Shown: positions 24,990 to 36,315 of the stretch, in pieces
How positions within the stretch are numbered: position 1 is the first letter of the stretch
Layout of the letters: each line of letters opens with the position of its first letter
Source: Camelus ferus
Lineage: Eukaryota
DNA length: 64,000 nt
Direction of reading: 5' to 3'
Assembly: GCF_009834535.1 (NCBI RefSeq)
Contig: NC_045697.1
Location: forward strand, 684,001 to 748,000
The notes under the pieces: model-generated
The model's input: the letters and a program-made list of their open reading frames with translations, nothing else
Database searches by the model: none
Told to the model about the DNA's origin: nothing
Position numbers and translations under genes: made by a program

Positions 24990-25365
24990 CCAGCTCATTT
25001 GCTTTTTCCAAAGGCTGCAGAAATCTAATTGCTCTTTGAAGGGGAAAGATGCCCTAAATAAAGCCATTAATTGCAAGCAAGCAGCTCCTCTAATGGGCCG
25101 TCTTATCGGCCTTGAGGCGACCACACGTGTGGAATCCTGAGTGGGGCCAGCCGGCTGCAGGGTCCGCGGCCTGAGGCCGGAGCGCAGGGTGACTCTGGGT
25201 GCCCCTCTGGCCACAGTCAACCTGAATAAGGACGTCAATCCGAGTGGTCATGGGGGACACAGCCTTCGTTTGGTCTCTCTCCCGGGCAGATTAATTAAGT
25301 GCCATCAATTAATGGCCCCGGTTCAAGGGGACCCATGTGAGTCACTTCCACAGGTGACGTCAGGC
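24990..25365. promoter_or_regulatory. Candidate enhancer island (homeodomain, TCF, AP-1, CRE)
   Basis: CTTTGAA 25034-25040, GCCATTAATTG 25063-25073, TTAATTAA 25291-25298, CAATTAATGGC 25306-25316, TGAGTCA 25338-25344, TGACGTCA 25355-25362. Confidence 0.5.
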
Positions 25366-26369
25366 CTGCAGGAAATGCCGTGATTCCAGATGGTTCCTGG
25401 GAGAGAGTGGGGGATCTAAGGGAGGAGCCAGACCTCCGCAGCCGCAGTGCCTGGGGCCACCAGAGCCTGGACAGGGGCTGGAGCTCAGTGACGTGGGGGC
25501 CGTGATGGGGACCTCAGCACCATCTGGGAGGTCTCTGTGTGGCTTAAATCCAGCCGGGCAGCGTGTCGGCCCCAGACCCAGCTGTGCCCACAGCCCAGGA
25601 ATATGCTCGGTCGGAGGGAGCCTGGGGTTTGCCCTAAGGTCTGGCCCTCACTGGAGGCCTCTCCCAGGTTCAGCCCCTAGGAAGGAAACAATGCTCCAGT
25701 CTAAATGACCCCACTCTCATCGCTGATGGCATGAGGCCACCCCTCGGGAGCCAGGGCTCAGAGCAGACCATGCTCCCTGTGCTGGTGCAGGCATGTGGCT
25801 GGGGAGGACCCTGACTGCCCTGTGCGGACCTGGTCCTGAGGGGAGCAGGGAGCTGGGCCCAAGGCTTCCCACTGAGCAGGGTGAAGCCCTTCTGATGGGG
25901 TTGACTCACCGAGTGTGGTGGACACATCACATGAATAGAGATCCAGGCCTGGATGGTCCCATTTCTTCCAAGTCCTGCCTCTAACCCCACCCCCAGCCTC
26001 TCCTCCATCATCACTGGGCACCAAACATCGTGTTAAAGCTGGGACGCTGTGAAGGTGTCTGGTTCCCACGCCACAGGTGGCCATGGTGCTGCTGCTGACT
26101 CAGGGCCCTGGCTCCCAGGCCTCCCTAGAGGAAACCAGTGCCTGGAGGGTGAGGAGTCGGGGCTGCTTGAGCTGGGTCTCTGGGAAGCAGTGCTTGAGGG
26201 CTCAGGGCTGGGCTGGGGAAGACGCCCTCTCCTGGCCAACCCCACTTTCCCACCTCTCTGCTGCACCTAGTCACATGGTCAACCCCTTAACCCTTGAGTC
26301 AAAAAGCTCTCCAGGGAAGATAGGCCAGTGGAACAGCTGTCCTGAGTCTCAAGACAGATTCAGCTTGCA

Positions 26370-26520
26370 GCTGGTGTTAGATAGATGTGGCCTCCAGCCT
26401 AGTCTTTGCCGTCTGTCAGTGAGGTGGCCCTGAGCAAGTTGTTCTACTGCTCTGAGTTCCAGTATCCTCACCTGGTGGGGCTCTTCTGATTCAGAGAGCA
26501 GATGTGAAAAATGCTCTGGA
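26370..26520 (+). mobile_element. MIR fragment
   Basis: 'gtggccctgagcaagttgttctactgctctgagttccagtatcctcacctg...gatgtgaaaaatgctctg' follows MIR sense consensus. Confidence 0.55.
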
Positions 26521-26533
26521 CCAAAAAGAAACA

Positions 26534-27032
26534 ATGGTGATGTGAGGTGGTGGTTGTGGTAATGATGTTGGTGATGATGATGGTGGTGATGATGGTGGTG
26601 GTGATGGTGATGATGGTAGTGGTGATGGTGGTGATGGTGGTGATGATGGTGGTGATGGTGGTGGTGATGATGATGGTGGTGATGGTGGTGATGATGGTGG
26701 TGATGGTGGTGATGGTGGCAGTGGTGATAGTGGTGGTGATGGTGGTGATGGTGGTGGTGATGTGATAGTGATGGTGGTGATGATGGTGGTAGTAGTGATG
26801 GTGATGGTGGTAATGATGTTGATGGTGATGGCGGGGATGGTGATAATGGCGGTGATGGTGGTGATGGTGGCAGTGGTGATGGTGATGATGATGGTAGTGA
26901 TGGTGGTGGTGGTGATGGTGCTGATGGTGATGATGATGGTGGCGGTGGCGATGGTGGTGGTGATGGTGATGATGGTAGTGATGGTGGCGGTGGTGATGAT
27001 GGTGGTGGTGATGGTTGTAGTGGTGGTAGTGG
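26534..27032. repeat. ~500-bp compound trinucleotide repeat (GGT/GAT)n
   Basis: Continuous gtgatggtg/gtggtg/atgatg triplets with occasional GTA/GCG/GCA variants. Confidence 0.95.
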
Positions 27033-27520
27033 CTGTGAACAACAAACATTTATTGTCTTACAGAGTACTGAGAGTCAGAAACCTGAGAGTGGCTTAGTTG
27101 GGTGATTCTAGCTGAGGGTCTCTTATGAGGCTGCAGTCAAATTATCAGCAAGGACTGTAGGCATCTCAAAGCTTGACTGGCAGTGGATTTGTTTCTAAGA
27201 TTGCTCCTGGGCTTTTGACGTATCCTCATTGACTGTCATCCCCCAGTTTGGGTTTCTTCATAGGCTGCCAGTGTGGATACCACCCGGCAGCCAGCTTTCC
27301 CCAGAGTAGGTGGGGAGGGGGGAGGTCAGGGGGTGAGGAATAGGGAGGGAGAGAGAGTGCGTGGATAGCCAAGACAGGAGTCACAGTCTTTTTACAACCT
27401 AACTTCAGAAGTGACATCCTAACCTCTGCCATGTTACCAGGTCTGGACCCAAGAGGGGCTCCCAAGGGCGTGAACCCTAGGAGGGGAGTCAGGGCCATCT
27501 CACAGTGGTGGCTGAGACCA
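27033..27520 (-). mobile_element. MaLR LTR (MLT1F/G-like)
   Basis: 'aacaacaaacatttattgtcttacag...gtggcttagttgggtgattctagctgagggtctcttatgaggctgcagtcaa...tttttacaacctaacttcagaagtgaca' matches antisense MLT1F/G-type LTRs. Confidence 0.8.
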
Positions 27521-28039
27521 TGAAGAAGGGGCCAGAGAGCATCTTCTGGCTTCGGGCCTCTCCGCCCAGAAGGCCAGACAGTCTGTGTGGACCCAGGTCC
27601 CGAGCCCTCCCCACAGAGAAGAGCAGGCACCCAGGGTCTTGTTTGCCTCTCTCCACCCGGGCCTTAGTCCTTCAGAAATGTGCTGTGAGTTGCAGGTTAC
27701 GCTCCCTTCTCTTTTGTTCTGCATTAAGCCAGAATCATAGTGTCCCACCTGGAGGTCCCACATGCCCGCTGGAGGGAGGGAGAAACCTCCAGAGTCCCCA
27801 GGGCCAGCTTGCAGGGGGACATTCTGGCCCAGGCCCCTGGACAGCCAGCACCAGCTGTGCCTGCTGGGGGGCCACTTTGTGCCCTCAGGGCCCCACTGGG
27901 CAGCACGGGGACCCCTGGTGGTGACTCAGGGGCTGCATCTGGCCCCCGCCAGGAAGGACCGGTGGAGCCCCTCGGGCCCCATGGGACAAATCCTCCCGCA
28001 GCCCCCGCCCGCGGCAGCCAGGCTGAGGAATGAGCGTGG

Positions 28040-28290
28040 CATCCCATAATTTCCCAGGCGTGGCCTGATGGGACCGTTTGTAATAAAATTGCTTCTAAAA
28101 ACATATTTGCAAGTCACCACCACATTTTTTACGCAGAACAATCTCTCACGGTGGCTCTTCATCTCTGTGATTAAGTAGCCGACTTTCTTACATATATTTT
28201 GTTACATGTGTCTTAACCAGGATGAGGAAACACTCTCTGCAGAGGCCTCCCTTAAAAAACAGTGTTTTGATGTGTGATTTACAGGGTTAT
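28040..28290. promoter_or_regulatory. Candidate enhancer island
   Basis: AT-rich; posterior-Hox/Cdx-type GTAATAAAA 28080-28088, TGATTAAG and TGATTTAC. Confidence 0.35.
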
Positions 28291-29599
28291 CTGACGAATC
28301 CCCTCCCTGGAGCCGGCAACAGCTTGCCCTGCCCAGTAAAGGGGAGGGGTGGGCTGGCTCCTCCCAACCTGGGGGCCAGGTGCCTGGGGAGGGAGCTGGG
28401 CCACCCAGGTGACCTTGGATCATCCCAAGCCCCTGGGATAGGGGGACTGGGTGGGGTCCAAGGTGTGTGAGCTTAAGAGCTACTGTTTCTGCTGCCTGCA
28501 CTGACCCCCCCTGCCCCAGCCGTGGGCCCCAGGCCACCAGCACTGCACTGGGGGACACTGGGCAGCAGCTGGGCAGGGGAGAGAGCCAGTATTTTCCTTC
28601 TGGGGGCAGCATGGCCCCTTGTGTGCAGTGCCACGCGATCTCGGATGGTGGCGATGACCTTGGAGCAGATGCAGGGCAGGGGTGGCCTTTCCCCATCCAT
28701 CGAGGAGTCGGGCCCAAGCAGAGGCCGGCACAGCTGTGGGGGCACCAAGCAGGTGTCAGGGTTCTCCAGCCGTTTAGAGAGCTGTCCTGGGCACCTTGGT
28801 GGCCCCAGGAGTGACATCCCTGGTGGGTGATGAGGGTCCTGACCCTGCCACCCCAACCAGGGCTCCAGCCCAGGTCGCCAGGGACACCACTGCCTCTCAC
28901 TGGGTCACTGAGTTTTCCCTTTAGTGCAAGTGGCTGTAATGACGTGTATTTTCACACCCTGTCCTTTCCACAGGGGCTGCTCACAGACCCCTCCCTCGCT
29001 CCTCTTGTAGGACAAGCCTGGTCAGTAAGAATGAGCCCCGAAGCCCCAGCCGGCTGGGCTGGCCGTTAGGGCTGGTCCCAGAGATCCTTATCTCAGGGCC
29101 TTGTTCCCATGAAGGGGACCCAAACGCTCTGTCTGAGGTCGACCAGGTTGCCCACCTGCCTCAGGCAAACGTTCTGGGGGCAGAGGGGTGGGCGCCCCAG
29201 GAGGCACCAGCCAGGCAGACCTTCACGCAGGTGAAGTGGTGCCTTTTCCAGGTTCATTGTCTGCACAGAGGCTGCCCCAGGGATGCAGAGCAGGCCATGC
29301 TTCTGCCTCGTCCAGGCCACCCCACTGGCCGTCCAGCCCTGCCTGACTGCCCTGGGCCTGAGTGCAGCAAGGCCAGCCCTCCCGGGCAGGGCCCAGCACC
29401 CCTTCCATTCAGGTTGTCGGCTGGAAAGTGTCCCTAAGAGCCCAAGGGCGAGACGCCTCTGCTGGGCCCCTGCAGTCCCAGCCCGAGGGCAGGGGTCAGT
29501 TCAGTGTTATCTCGGCCCCCAACTCCAGCTCGGGCCTGGCCTGGGCTCTGCCTGTGTGCTCACATCCACACAGGCATCACACGTGTCACGAAGGCGTGG

Positions 29600-30008
29600 G
29601 TGTGTCCGTGCCTGCGCTGTGTGCTGCCCTGGCACCAGCAGACGTTGGGGAGCCGCCGTGACAATCAAAGGTGGAAATTCAGATGCACAGGACAGGCTGA
29701 TCGTGCGCAGCCTGCATCAGGGTGAACTGTGACACACGGGGCAACTCGGGTGAGCCTCGAGGATGTTGTGCCGAGGGACACAGGCCAGCACAAAAGCACA
29801 AACATGGTACTGGGTGAACAGACAGGTGTCTATAGCACAGACAGTGGATGAGCGGTGGCCTGGCTGAGGCAGGGAAACGGGGTTGAGAATGTTCTAGAAT
29901 TAACTACGATAATGGTGGCACATCTGAATATATGAAACAAACATTGAATTGCACACTTTAAATGGTATGTAAGCTGTGTCTCAATACAGCCATTTAAATA
30001 GAAAAGAA
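29600..30008 (+). mobile_element. LINE-1 3' end (L1MB-like), sense
   Basis: 'gagaatgttctagaatta...cattgaattgcacactttaaatgg...tctcaatacagcc' followed by an A-rich tail. Confidence 0.8.
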
Positions 30009-30774
30009 TGAGTTGGGCACCAAAAGGAGGGCCTTGGAGCCGAGCCAGTCCCCTCCCACCATGTGACACTCCGGCTCCCTGTGCTTTCCGATGTCCAGCC
30101 TTCAGGCACCTCCTGGACTGGGGTCATCTTGAAGGTTGGAAGGGACCAGGCTCGGGCTGGGGACAGCAGCCCTTCCCCACAGAGCTTGGGGTCTACACAG
30201 GACAGAGGGCAAGCAGGTGAGCCCAGGGCTCAGTAAACCTGTGACGAGGCCACGAAGGCGGAGACCGTGTCTCCAGGAGACCAAGGTGGGATGAGCCGTG
30301 GGTAGGGGGCATCCTCAGTCCAGCTGGGCCTCCTGCATGGACCCCTCACTCCCCTGTTCTGTCCACAGGCTGGCGGGTCTGCCAGAGTGCCCCTCCTGGG
30401 AGATGGCCCCAGAAGGGACTTCAGCAGGAGGCAGGGCGGCTGGGGCCTGGGGGCAGCTGCCCCTGCTCCCGTCTGGGGCCTGAGGGTGTGGCCTCTGGTT
30501 CCCATGGGAGGGAATTGTAGTTCCCATCCCACTCTGGAGGCCCCTGCGTGCTGGGAGGTGACCTGGGTGCCCTGCCCTGGGTCCTGCCCTGTGCCTGGGT
30601 CCACTTGACTCGGACCCCACCTGGCAGCTGGACGCCTTCAAGTCCCAGGTCTGCCTGGAAGACAGCCCCAGGAGGGACCCCACAGATGAGGGAGGAGGCC
30701 CATGCAGAACCCCTCCCCAACCCGGGACGGGGATGAGGTGGGCTCCCCTCCCCCTACACCCTCCTCCCCAGGGT

Positions 30775-31140
30775 AGAAATGGTCAGAGATATATTCATTA
30801 CATTCTCTCTGTAATGGGCTGCTTACTTTATGATGTGGGGACACAAAAGTAAATTTTAAAATCAATTATACAATTACATATGTAGTAATAAGAGAGTACA
30901 CAGCTAATCTCCACTGGGTCAGCACAGCCACCTTCCAATAATGCAGGTTTCATTAGGGGAAGGGCTGTTACTGCCAAGAATTACAGAAATAATGGGGGTG
31001 GGTGTATTCAGCGAGAAGTAACAAATGAGGCTGCTTGTGAGATAAGACGCAGAGTCGGCGGCTCCAAGGAAGCCCGTGGAGGCCGAGGACACGGCGGGTC
31101 ACCTGCGCCTGCCTGGGGACAAGAATTAATTTCCGACGTT
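30775..31140. promoter_or_regulatory. Candidate enhancer island
   Basis: AT-rich non-repeat segment with many TAAT/ATTA cores (CAATTA twice, TAATG three times, CTAATC, GAATTAATTT) and AGATAAG. Confidence 0.45.
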
Positions 31141-32538
31141 TAGGAGCCTGGCGGTGGCGGGGGCTTCTGCCAGGAGCCGCGGTCCTGCCTGGTGAGGGCA
31201 GGGGGAGCAGAGGGAGGGTCTCTGGCCTCCATCTGGTCCACTCCAGCCCTGGTGGGTCCTGAGGCTGTGAGCCCGTGGACGGTGTTCCCGCCCCACGGGC
31301 CCCTCCCACTCTGCCAGGCCCCTTGATGTAAGCTGCTCGCCCCCAGGCTGCCAGCCTGCACCACTGGGCATCTGGAAACCTCACTGACCCTCCGTGGCCA
31401 CTTCTCACCACGGCCAGGGCTGCTGGGGACGTGATGTCTCCCACATGGGCCTGGTTGCTGATGCACAAGAGAAGCGGCTCCGTGAACACTGGAAACATGC
31501 TAGCGTGAGAGTGAGTTGGCTCAGAGCGAGGCTGAAGGGCTCCTCCCTGGTCTCAGCACTGGAGGTGGGGGCACAGGGGGCACTAGGGGTGGGCTGGGGC
31601 TGGAGGCTGCACTGGCGTCAGAGTCCAGAACAGAGGCCAGAAGGGCTGAGACGGACGGTGGGAGGGGCGGCCCCTCGGCATCTCCAGGTAGACCCCAGCC
31701 CCGGACGGAGGAGAGGGCTTCTGCAAAAACACCCCATTTTACCTGCAGGAGCAGAGCCTGGCCCTGCTGCCTGTGCAGAGTGGAGTGAAGCCCCAAGGTC
31801 ACAGCCCCTAGGGGCCGCCGGCTGGGCACCAAGTCTGCAGACTGACCTCCTCCCTGAGGCCAAGGTGTCTGCTGGGCACGGCAGGGCAGGGAGGCCCAGC
31901 CCCACAGAAGAAGGGGACCCGCTGGTGGGTCTGGGGTCCCGCCAAGCAGAGCTGCCATCCAGTACTGGGGCGGGTTCCAGCAGAAGGGAGGACCCAGCGT
32001 CAGGTGCACAGAGCAGCGTCCGGCCTGTGCTCAGTGCTGGACATCCACGGACGGCCCTGGTTGACTCCCAGGGGCGTGGGCCCCAGGCCGGCCTGGACAG
32101 CCCTGCAGGGCCAGGCTCCCACTTAGGACGGCACAGTGGCTCCCCAACAACCCTCTCGTCCTCCACTAGCCCCACAGCCCACCTGTGGCCTTGCCCTGCG
32201 GCTCACAGAAGCTGGGAAAGAAGGGGTCAGTGGATGGTGGAGGCCACCAGTGTCTGACCCAGGCTGGGGTGGGCTCCATGGGTGGACAAGGGAGCACCGT
32301 TTTGTGTGCCCCACCAACAGGGCTCTCGGCGTCTTGAGTCTCTGTCCCTGCTGTGGTCAGTCCTTGGTGAGACCACACCAGGCCTGGATGCTGCCTGGCT
32401 CCCTCAGCGGGCACACCTAGCTGGCACCCTGACTCCCAGTGCGGTCCACAACATGCCTAGACTGGGGCCTTCTAGAAGGGTGTTCCCGGCGGTTTTACCC
32501 CAGAGCTGAATGCTGGGGCCTGGAGGTGGCAGGAGGGC

Positions 32539-32584
32539 GGGGACCATACGGCCTGATGGTGGGGACCATACGGCCTGATGGTGG
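32539..32584. repeat. Perfect 22-bp tandem duplication
   Basis: GGGGACCATACGGCCTGATGGT at 32539-32560 and 32561-32582. Confidence 0.95.
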
Positions 32585-32879
32585 CTATGGTGACATGGGA
32601 GGCAGAGCCGGTGCCTGGCAGTTTTGGGGGTGGGCAGATCCTGGGGTTCAAGGGCCAGGAGGCCAAGGCCAGGCAGCTGAGACCCGAAGCCTGGGTCCCA
32701 CGAGGTGTGGCAGCCAGGGGCCCGTGGGACGCCGGACAATCTGAATTTCGGGCAGTTCAGAAAGGAGACCACTTCACCCCTCGCCACTTGTGGGAGCCGT
32801 GGGGGCCCTGGCAGGTGGGGTGAGCCCCTGAGGACGTTGCACGGCTGTACACTCCAGGTGGAGGCAGGCACTGAGGGCC

Positions 32880-33485
32880 CGCTGCAGGCGCCGGGGGCCG
32901 GGGGCCGGGCCGCCAGACCGAGCCGGAGATGGGAGCGCAGAACCGCCCAAGTGCAGCCTAATCCCAGCGAGATCACCCGTGCGGATTCCCGCGCATGCAA
33001 ATGAGCTGCCAGACGCCACCATCGCCTTCCCTTTCTGCGCCGGCAAATAGGCTCCGATAAGGGGGTCTTTGTAATTACACAGGAGCTACACTGGTCAATT
33101 CTGACTTTTAAATACCACAGGGCCCGAGAAAGGAGAAAGCACTGAACACATGTTCTTCCAGGCGACGGCAGCGGCTCCCTTTGAATTCCGCCCGCTGCGC
33201 GGCCCGGCCGCCGCGGCCGCCGGCTCCTTTGTGAACGCTATCGCTCCATCACCGTGCGAGATCATTTCCAAATTAAATTTTATGGTCCATTACTTACGGC
33301 TCCGACACTGGTCTAATGGAATCTTAAATGGAACTGACTTGATCTGTGTGGGGCTGGCCTCGCAGTTAAGATGTTATTTAGTTCTAATTATCAGATAATG
33401 AACTCGGGAAATTTAATTTTTAATATTTGTATGTCAAAAGTCCATTGTGCTTTGCCTAGAGACTTTAAATTAAAAGTTAACACGG
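32880..33485. promoter_or_regulatory. CpG-rich element joined to an AT-rich homeodomain island; strongest enhancer candidate
   Basis: Dense CpG (gcgcggcccggccgccgcggccgccgg), TAATCC 32959-32964, octamer ATGCAAAT 32995-33002, GTAATTAC, CTTTGAA, CTTTGT twice, CTAATGG, CTAATTA, TTTAATTT. Confidence 0.55.
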
Positions 33486-35051
33486 GTCCAACACCAGTCC
33501 CAGAATGTCCCACCGAGGGCTGAGGCCGCACAGAACCCCTACTGTGTGCCCAAAGGACCCCATGGGCACCCGGGCGGGAAAAGACCCAGGCCCAGATCTT
33601 GGCCCCAAGCCCCGTGGGGCCAGCCGCATGGTGGTGACAGTGGGCACGGGGACTGGGTAAGGCATGCTGGGGGCTCCGGACCCCGAGAGTCAGCCCTACT
33701 ACTGCCCTAGGGTCCACAGGCCCAGGGAGGCAGTCTGGCCCAGCGGCCTGCCGATCCAGCGTCTGTGGCAACACCTCCGCCCCCAGTTGTCCGAGGCCTC
33801 GAGGGACTGTGGGAATGGAGAAAACGCAGTAGCAGCCCACAGACCCTCATCCCGGGGGAGACCCTGAGCCCCACCACGTTCCCGAGCTTCACGGACAAGC
33901 GAACTTCCTGGCGAGAAGGAGGGAATCTGTCACTTTGTCCCAATAAAGCGCAGGAGCACCTCCTCTTCAGGCAGAGCTGCCAGCAGCTGCCTTCGTCCTT
34001 CCACAGTGCCCATCCGTGGGGAGCCCCAGCCCCAAACTGCTCACACCCCCGGGTGGGGACCTCAGGGGCTCTGGACAAGGCACTGTTCCAATCCCTCCCC
34101 AAAAGCTTGGGCCCAGGCATTTCCAGAGCAAGCCAGACTCCATGCACCCCGCCCCTGCCGTGGGCCCGGACCAAGGCTGGAAGCTCCCCCGACTCTGCCC
34201 CAATGTCGGGGCCCACTTGTGCTTCCTGTAAGGAGCTAAAGTCTTGAGGACCTCAGTCAACCAATTCTTAGCATCAGTCAGACACTGGAGAGCTTCCTCC
34301 CTTCTCTGAGTGCAGTGAGGCTGAGACAGGAAGGGTTCAGGGTGGGCCACCGAGACACCCGGGATGGCTTCCTGGAGGACGGAGTGACAGCAGGGGACCT
34401 GGAGGCTGGTGGGATTTAGCAACAGGGAAAATCACGGATGGGGGCAGAGTGGAGGAGGAGGGGGCAGAAGGACGGACAAGGGGACAGAGTGGCAGGTGAG
34501 GGCCCAGGGGCAGGGCGATGTGGAGGACGAGGCTGGGCAGATGTGTGGGCAGTGCGACAGGATGCAGACAGGCCAGCCTGCTCCCCCAGGCCCCAGAGTC
34601 CCCCACTCAGACCAGCAACTGGCCCAGCTGGAGGCACCTGTCTTCTGGCTACAAGGTGACTTGCAGTCCCAGTGGAGGGCAGTGCTGGCCGCATGTGGCC
34701 AGCTGCCCAGTGATGGACGGCCAGCAGCCCCCCCAACTGGACCCCGTGCCGGCCTCCCTGCCCTGGTCTGCCAAGCACCCTGTTCATCACCAGACTGCTA
34801 ATGCCCAGGGGCTGAGTGGGGAGTCCCCCTTCAGAGTTTTAATTCATTGTGTCCTCAGCAATCTCCTGGGGGCCCCTCCCCCACCGCCGGGGCAGCCAGG
34901 CCACGTTGTGCTCACCCACATGGGGCAGGGACGATGCCCTCTGTCTGCGGCCTCCAGCGCCAGGAGGCCTGCACGCAGCAGCCCCCACGGTCAGGAGGCC
35001 GGGGGCCACCCCAGGGTGTCTCCTTGAGGGTCTCTGACGTTTGGGCTGAGA

Positions 35052-35440
35052 GTGTCTACTTGTTATCAGTTGGTGAGTGACCAGGCACCCCAAAACCCAG
35101 TGTCTTCAACTGCCACCACGTCTGTTTTGCCCACGAACCACACGTGGGCAGGCTCAGTGGGCAGCTGGTCCCTGCTCTTGGTGTCAGTGGGTGGAGTGGT
35201 CCAGAGGCCGCTTCGCTCACGGCCAAGGGTGTCATGCTGGGCTGGGACCTTAGCAGGGCCTGGAGCCCCTGCCCGTGGGCTATACGTGGCTGGGGCTTCC
35301 TCCCAGCCTGGGGGCCAGTTCCCAGTGGCGTCGCGCCTTTTATGACGGAAGCTGAGAAGTCAGCCAACCCACTGGCATGTTTTTTCAGGGCAGAGGGCCT
35401 CACTGTGCCATTCAACAGAGGAACATTAAGGACAGTGCGC
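35052..35440 (-). mobile_element. MaLR LTR (MLT1H/I-like), degraded
   Basis: 'caccccaaaacccagtgtcttcaac...gggcaggctcagtgggcagc...gggcttcctcccagc...ccttttatgac...gaagtca' follows an antisense MLT1 layout. Confidence 0.65.
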
Positions 35441-36315
35441 TGGTGGTATCTGCTGCGTGGCTGGGTCAGGAGCAAACCGTCCTTGCTCGCCGTGGGGGCT
35501 TCCTCCCAGCCGGCGGGGCCCCTCGCCCAGCCACCCACCTACCAGCAAGCTCCTCCCCCGCCCTCCCCCTGCCCTCCCAGTAGGAGAGGCCCACCAGCAG
35601 TGGGACTGCAGCCAGTTCTCAGAGGGGCCCCGGGGGCGGGGGTCTCCCCACACCCGCCCTTTCCTTGCTGTTCTCTGTAGGCCCCCCGACCCATCCTCCC
35701 ACCAGAGGGGCTCCCCCTGCTCTGTGTGCTCACAGCTCTCTCTTCCGGCTCCGCCGACGTCCCAAATTCACCTTCCGGGACCTGGAAGATGGGCGGCCTC
35801 ATTGTCAATCCTGGTTTTCTTCGTTTGTATTTCACAGCAATTGCTCTAATTGTTGAAGATCAGAGCAAAAGAGTAACATTCACTCTTCTCATGGGAGATG
35901 CAGCCGACCGGGTGTCCCCAGCACAGCGGTGTCACCAAGCATGGGATGCAAGACGACGCTTTCGGGGCACCCGGGGCAGTGCGGTGCCCACAATCACGAT
36001 TTGTCGCGTCCTCGCAGGCCTCAGGTGGGGGCTGGCGCTCGCTCACCTGCCACACGTGCAGGGGAAGCACGTCTGGGTTTCTCCTGCCCCTCTCACCGGG
36101 GATGGCACCTGGGTCCCCCACAGGCCCAGCACAGGCCAGCTCCAGAGCCCCTTCCCCAAGGAGGTGGGACCCTCCCTCAGCCCGAGGGGTGGGAACCGGG
36201 CTCTCAGAGTTAACCCCTCTTCATCGTGAACAAGCCTTCACTGAGAACTTCCCTGCTGGACCCTGGGTGGTTTCTGTCTCCTGATTGGACCCAGGCACAT
36301 ACAACCTCTTCGTGA

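Noticed and set aside
26468..27097. Poly-His, poly-Thr/Ile, Ser-Pro and poly-Val/Met ORFs resembling histidine-rich proteins or extensins
   Set aside because: Direct translations of the (GGT/GAT)n microsatellite; no promoter, splice or unique coding context.
31394..32257. Longest ORF in the window (287 aa)
   Set aside because: Low-complexity GC-driven composition, GTG start, no recognisable homology, and overlapping long ORFs on the opposite strand.
35292..35511. 17-bp direct repeat GGGGCTTCCTCCCAGCC at 35292-35308 and 35495-35511
   Set aside because: Short and GC-rich, with one copy inside an MLT1 relic; not positioned as a target-site duplication and plausibly chance or minor local duplication.
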